Shown here in pieces: positions 60,901 to 64,000 of a stretch of 64,000 nt of DNA; position 1 is the first letter of the stretch; every line of letters begins with the position of its first letter. Origin of the DNA: Zygnema circumcarinatum SAG 698-1b. Taxonomy: Eukaryota > Plantae > Zygnematophyceae. The stretch spans positions 1,178,001-1,242,000 of the forward strand of contig CM074807.1 of assembly GCA_037447605.1 (NCBI GenBank). Reading direction: 5' to 3'. The notes below the pieces were generated by a model. It was given only the letters and a program-made list of their open reading frames with translations, did no database searches and had not been told where the DNA came from. The position numbers and the translations under genes are program-made.

Positions 60901-62465
60901 TCCCAACGTTGGAGCTCACTCTGAAGAGACCGAGAGAGGAAGAGGGAGATGTGGAGGACAGGAAGGTGCTTAGACAATCAGGAGGCTCCGCCTTCTCAAG
61001 GTAACCATCCAATCTTTGCTCGTTTTCTCCTCTTCCTTTTTCATTGCGAAATGAAAGTTGAACAAGATCGTCGAATTCCCAATACTACTGCTGTTGATTA
61101 CTGTGTATTTTTTCTTACTTTTGTACTAAACTCTCTCCCACAGCGTCTCCTTCAGGTACAGCACGAGCGGTCTTGCAGCTGCCCTCCAACAGCAGCAGCA
61201 GCATCTCCCTGTTCCTCACGGTGGCTACTCCATCGCCGCCCCCTTCTCCAAAAGTCCCATCTCTCCTCGCCATGGCTTTGAACGCACGAATGGCACAGCT
61301 GCGACCAATGAGATCACGACACCTGTCCCTGTAAACCCTCGCCACGTGGCACACAACGCGACGGATCTGAGCACTCCCTCAGGGATGCCGGACTCCTTCT
61401 CCTCTCAGCGAACTCTGCAGGAGGAGGGAGGGGAGAGGAGTGGGAATATGAGGAGTCCTCAACAGGGAGTGGCTATGGGGATGAGGGGGCCGAGGGGGGT
61501 GCTATTTGAGAGGGCAACGCCGACATATGGAAACTATGGAGGTCCTTTCTATGGGGCTGCATGGGGGGGACATAGAGGGGAGTTGGAGGGGTATGAGAGA
61601 GCGGGAGGAGGAGGGTATGGAGAGAGTGGTTTCAGTGAGTCTCCGAGAGTGGCGAGACCGCACCCACATCATCATCATCATCAACAACATCATCACCAGT
61701 CGCAACATCACCAGGCTATGCATCATCAGTCGCAGGGTGGTGCAGGGACTCCTTTGCAGCAGCAGAATGGAATTGGGAGTTCTGTAGAGGGGGGAGTTGT
61801 CTCTAATATGGAAGCTGCTGCTGTTCCGGATAGCGGAGTGAAGGGTAGTGGCAGCCATGGATCACTGCATGGAAGCAATGGTAACCAGGGGAGTGGAGGG
61901 AGCGGAATTGGAGGAGTGGGGAATGGAAGTATTGTGAATGCTTCAAGTGGGAATGGGAGTGCTTCAGGGAGCAACAATGGGAGTAACGGACACAAGGGGA
62001 ATGGGAACAGTAATGGACAGAGTGGGCAAATGCCGACTGCCATGGCGGTGGATGGAGAGGGGGGAGAGGCAGGAAACAACGGGAGCAGCGGAGTGGACAA
62101 CGGGATGAGCAAGGGAGGCACGGGGGGAGGGAGTGGAAACGGAGTGGTAGTGGTGGGACCCACTCAGAACCGCTCTGCGAGGAGAGAGGCGGCACTGAAT
62201 AAGTTCCGGCAGAAGCGCAAGGAGAGATGCTTCGAGAAGAAGGTAAGAAGATTAATGCAATTTGTAGTCCTTTTCGCTTGTCAGCCACACGCGTACCTTC
62301 TGTTCTGCAGTCGTTATTGCAACTTCACTAACTTGAATCTGTGGTGTAATGTTTTCCTTTACGCAGGTTCGATATCAGAGTCGAAAGAGGCTGGCAGAGC
62401 AGCGACCTCGTGTGAGGGGACAGTTTGTGCGGCAGACTGCCCTCGTCAATGTGGATGCGGAGTGA
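57959..62465 (+). CDS. PRR: Pseudo-response regulator (receiver + CCT), PRR7/9-type clock protein
   Basis: Exons 57959-58355, 59360-59521, 59688-59821, 59964-60140, 60241-60331, 60514-61000, 61156-62242 and 62367-62465. Receiver: [56 protein letters not shown]. Also [19 protein letters not shown], and [46 protein letters not shown]. Confidence 0.95.
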
Positions 62466-63199
62466 TGGGGACATCGGCGATGGCCATGATGCCATGCCAT
62501 GCGGCGGAGGGGGGGTGGGGTCTGAGCATGATGCCGGGACGCATCTCATGTCACGTTGTGCATAGTTTTCCTTTTTTCCAGTTCTTGGCGGAGGGCGGGA
62601 TGCGGCTGGAAAGCAGCTCACTTCGCTCGAAATGGAGGCCGACATCTCCTGAACGGGTGGCTGTTGTTGTCGAGTTTGGCAATTTTTAGGAAGAGTAGGG
62701 TAGGAGATAATAGAACTGTGTATCTTACGGAATGCTTCAAAGACCAAACATTGTTTGAGACAGTGACAGAATAAGGTGGGATAAAATCCTTAACTCAGTC
62801 AAAAAAAGAGGTAGGCCCTGCTGGGCGGCTGTCTTCCAGTTTTGTGACGTACTTGGTAAAATATTGTGCAGAGAATGCTCTCCACTTGTAATCATGCGAA
62901 GGGGGGGGGAAGGGGAGGGACGGAAGGGGGAAGAGTTAGCAATAGTAGGACGGTACATTGTGCAAAATTGCTGAAATTTTGGACCTGGATCCATCTTCGT
63001 AAAGTTTTTGGCAATGTTTGTTTAAACACAGTGTGGATGTTTTGAAAATTGTGTAAATCTATCTGGACTGATTGCACCTTGAAGGCGAAAGCGGAAGGCA
63101 AATGCTTAGAGTTGACAAATCTCAGTTAAAGAACATTCGTTAACTTCAACAATGCCCCATAGCAGCCGCAGCTGCATTAACGTGGGCAGGCCAAACTAG

Positions 63200-63290
63200 A
63201 CCCTACACCCTAAACCCTACACCCTGAACCCTACACCCTGAATCCTGAAAACCCTAAAACTCTGAACCCTAAGGGTCCTACTAACCCTGT
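63200..63290. repeat. Degenerate (CCCTAAA)-like repeats
   Basis: CCCTACACCCTAAACCCTACACCCTGAACCCTACACCCTGAA..ACCCTAAAA..AACCCTAA. Confidence 0.7.
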
Positions 63291-63530
63291 CCTGGAAATC
63301 CATTGCAATTCTAAATATTTTGAAGCTTGGTGTTCACAGCAGTTGGGACCCTCACGAGGCTCAAACCTTCGGAGATCGGGTCCACCTTTCTCGAGTGTCC
63401 ACCTTTCTTTCTATACAATCCATGTAGGATTGCAGCTTGCAGAGGCTGTTGCAACGGCGGAGAGTGCTATTCACCCATGCGTCCATCTTATTCCTGTTCC
63501 GATGTCCCTGACGACTTCCCACGGTATAGA

Positions 63531-63765
63531 GAGAGAGGAAAACGAGAGAGTGAGAGAGATCGTGAGAGGGGGAGGAGGAAGGTGGGAGGGGGAGGGGGAG
63601 GGGGAAAGGGGGGAGGGATAGGGGGGAGGAGGAGAGGGAGGGGGGAGGGAGGGGAGGCGGGGGGGTGTGAGAGGGGGAAGGGGGGAGAAAGGTAGAGAGG
63701 GAGAGGGAGAGTGAGAGGGGGAGAGAGGAAGAGAGGGAGAGAGGGAGAGAGAGGGCGAGAGAGAG
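63531..63765. repeat. G/A polypurine tract
   Basis: Direct reading of the sequence. Confidence 0.9.
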
Positions 63766-63840
63766 ACACCAGTGACGAGAATATTGGAAGCTGCCGCTCT
63801 TGCCATATTGCTGAGGATATTGATGTGACCTTGTTTCCTT

Positions 63841-64000
63841 CTCACCGATTTCTGCTAGCAGCCTCTTCCTTCCAAGCCCTCTCCACGCAGTCCTGCAGCA
63901 ATGAGGCGAATTTCCTGTCATATGTGACCCCATGGAGGCTCCGCGCTACGTCCACACAAGGTGAAGGGCCCATTGTGCCAACAACTTGGGGCAAAGAGAT
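63841..64000 (-). CDS. Possible 3' coding end of a gene entering from beyond the window
   Basis: An open frame from the window edge reads ISLPQVVGTMGPSPCVDVARSLHGVTYDRKFASLLQDCVERAWKEEAASRNR*. No homology was recognised. Confidence 0.25.

Overview
Intron-rich eukaryotic nuclear DNA from a green plant lineage. Gene content, GC-rich promoters and huge G/A tracts suggest a streptophyte alga such as a zygnematophyte (Closterium-like); this is inference. Apparently intact spliced genes: a BAG co-chaperone with a long disordered tail; three paralogous U-box/ARM (PUB-type) genes, one lacking the U-box; an ABCD2-like half transporter; an NFKBIL1-like ankyrin protein head-to-head with a CSU2/C9orf78 homolog; two tandem NATA1/SSAT-like GNAT acetyltransferases; an ELIP; and a clock pseudo-response regulator that keeps its phospho-acceptor Asp. 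The first 10 kb holds degraded relics (ankyrin, Nup98/96) and a long-TIR foldback element. Between the ABC transporter and the second ARM gene (28.2-31.6 kb) lies a nested set of PIF/Harbinger-like MITEs. It includes a short element beside its longer progenitor and two AAT-duplicating MITEs, each inserted inside another MITE; these elements carry ABRE/G-box/DRE motifs. Two 10-N scaffold gaps (9440-9449, 35884-35893) fall in purine/pyrimidine tracts. No rRNA, tRNA or CRISPR array was recognised. All coordinates were read by eye.
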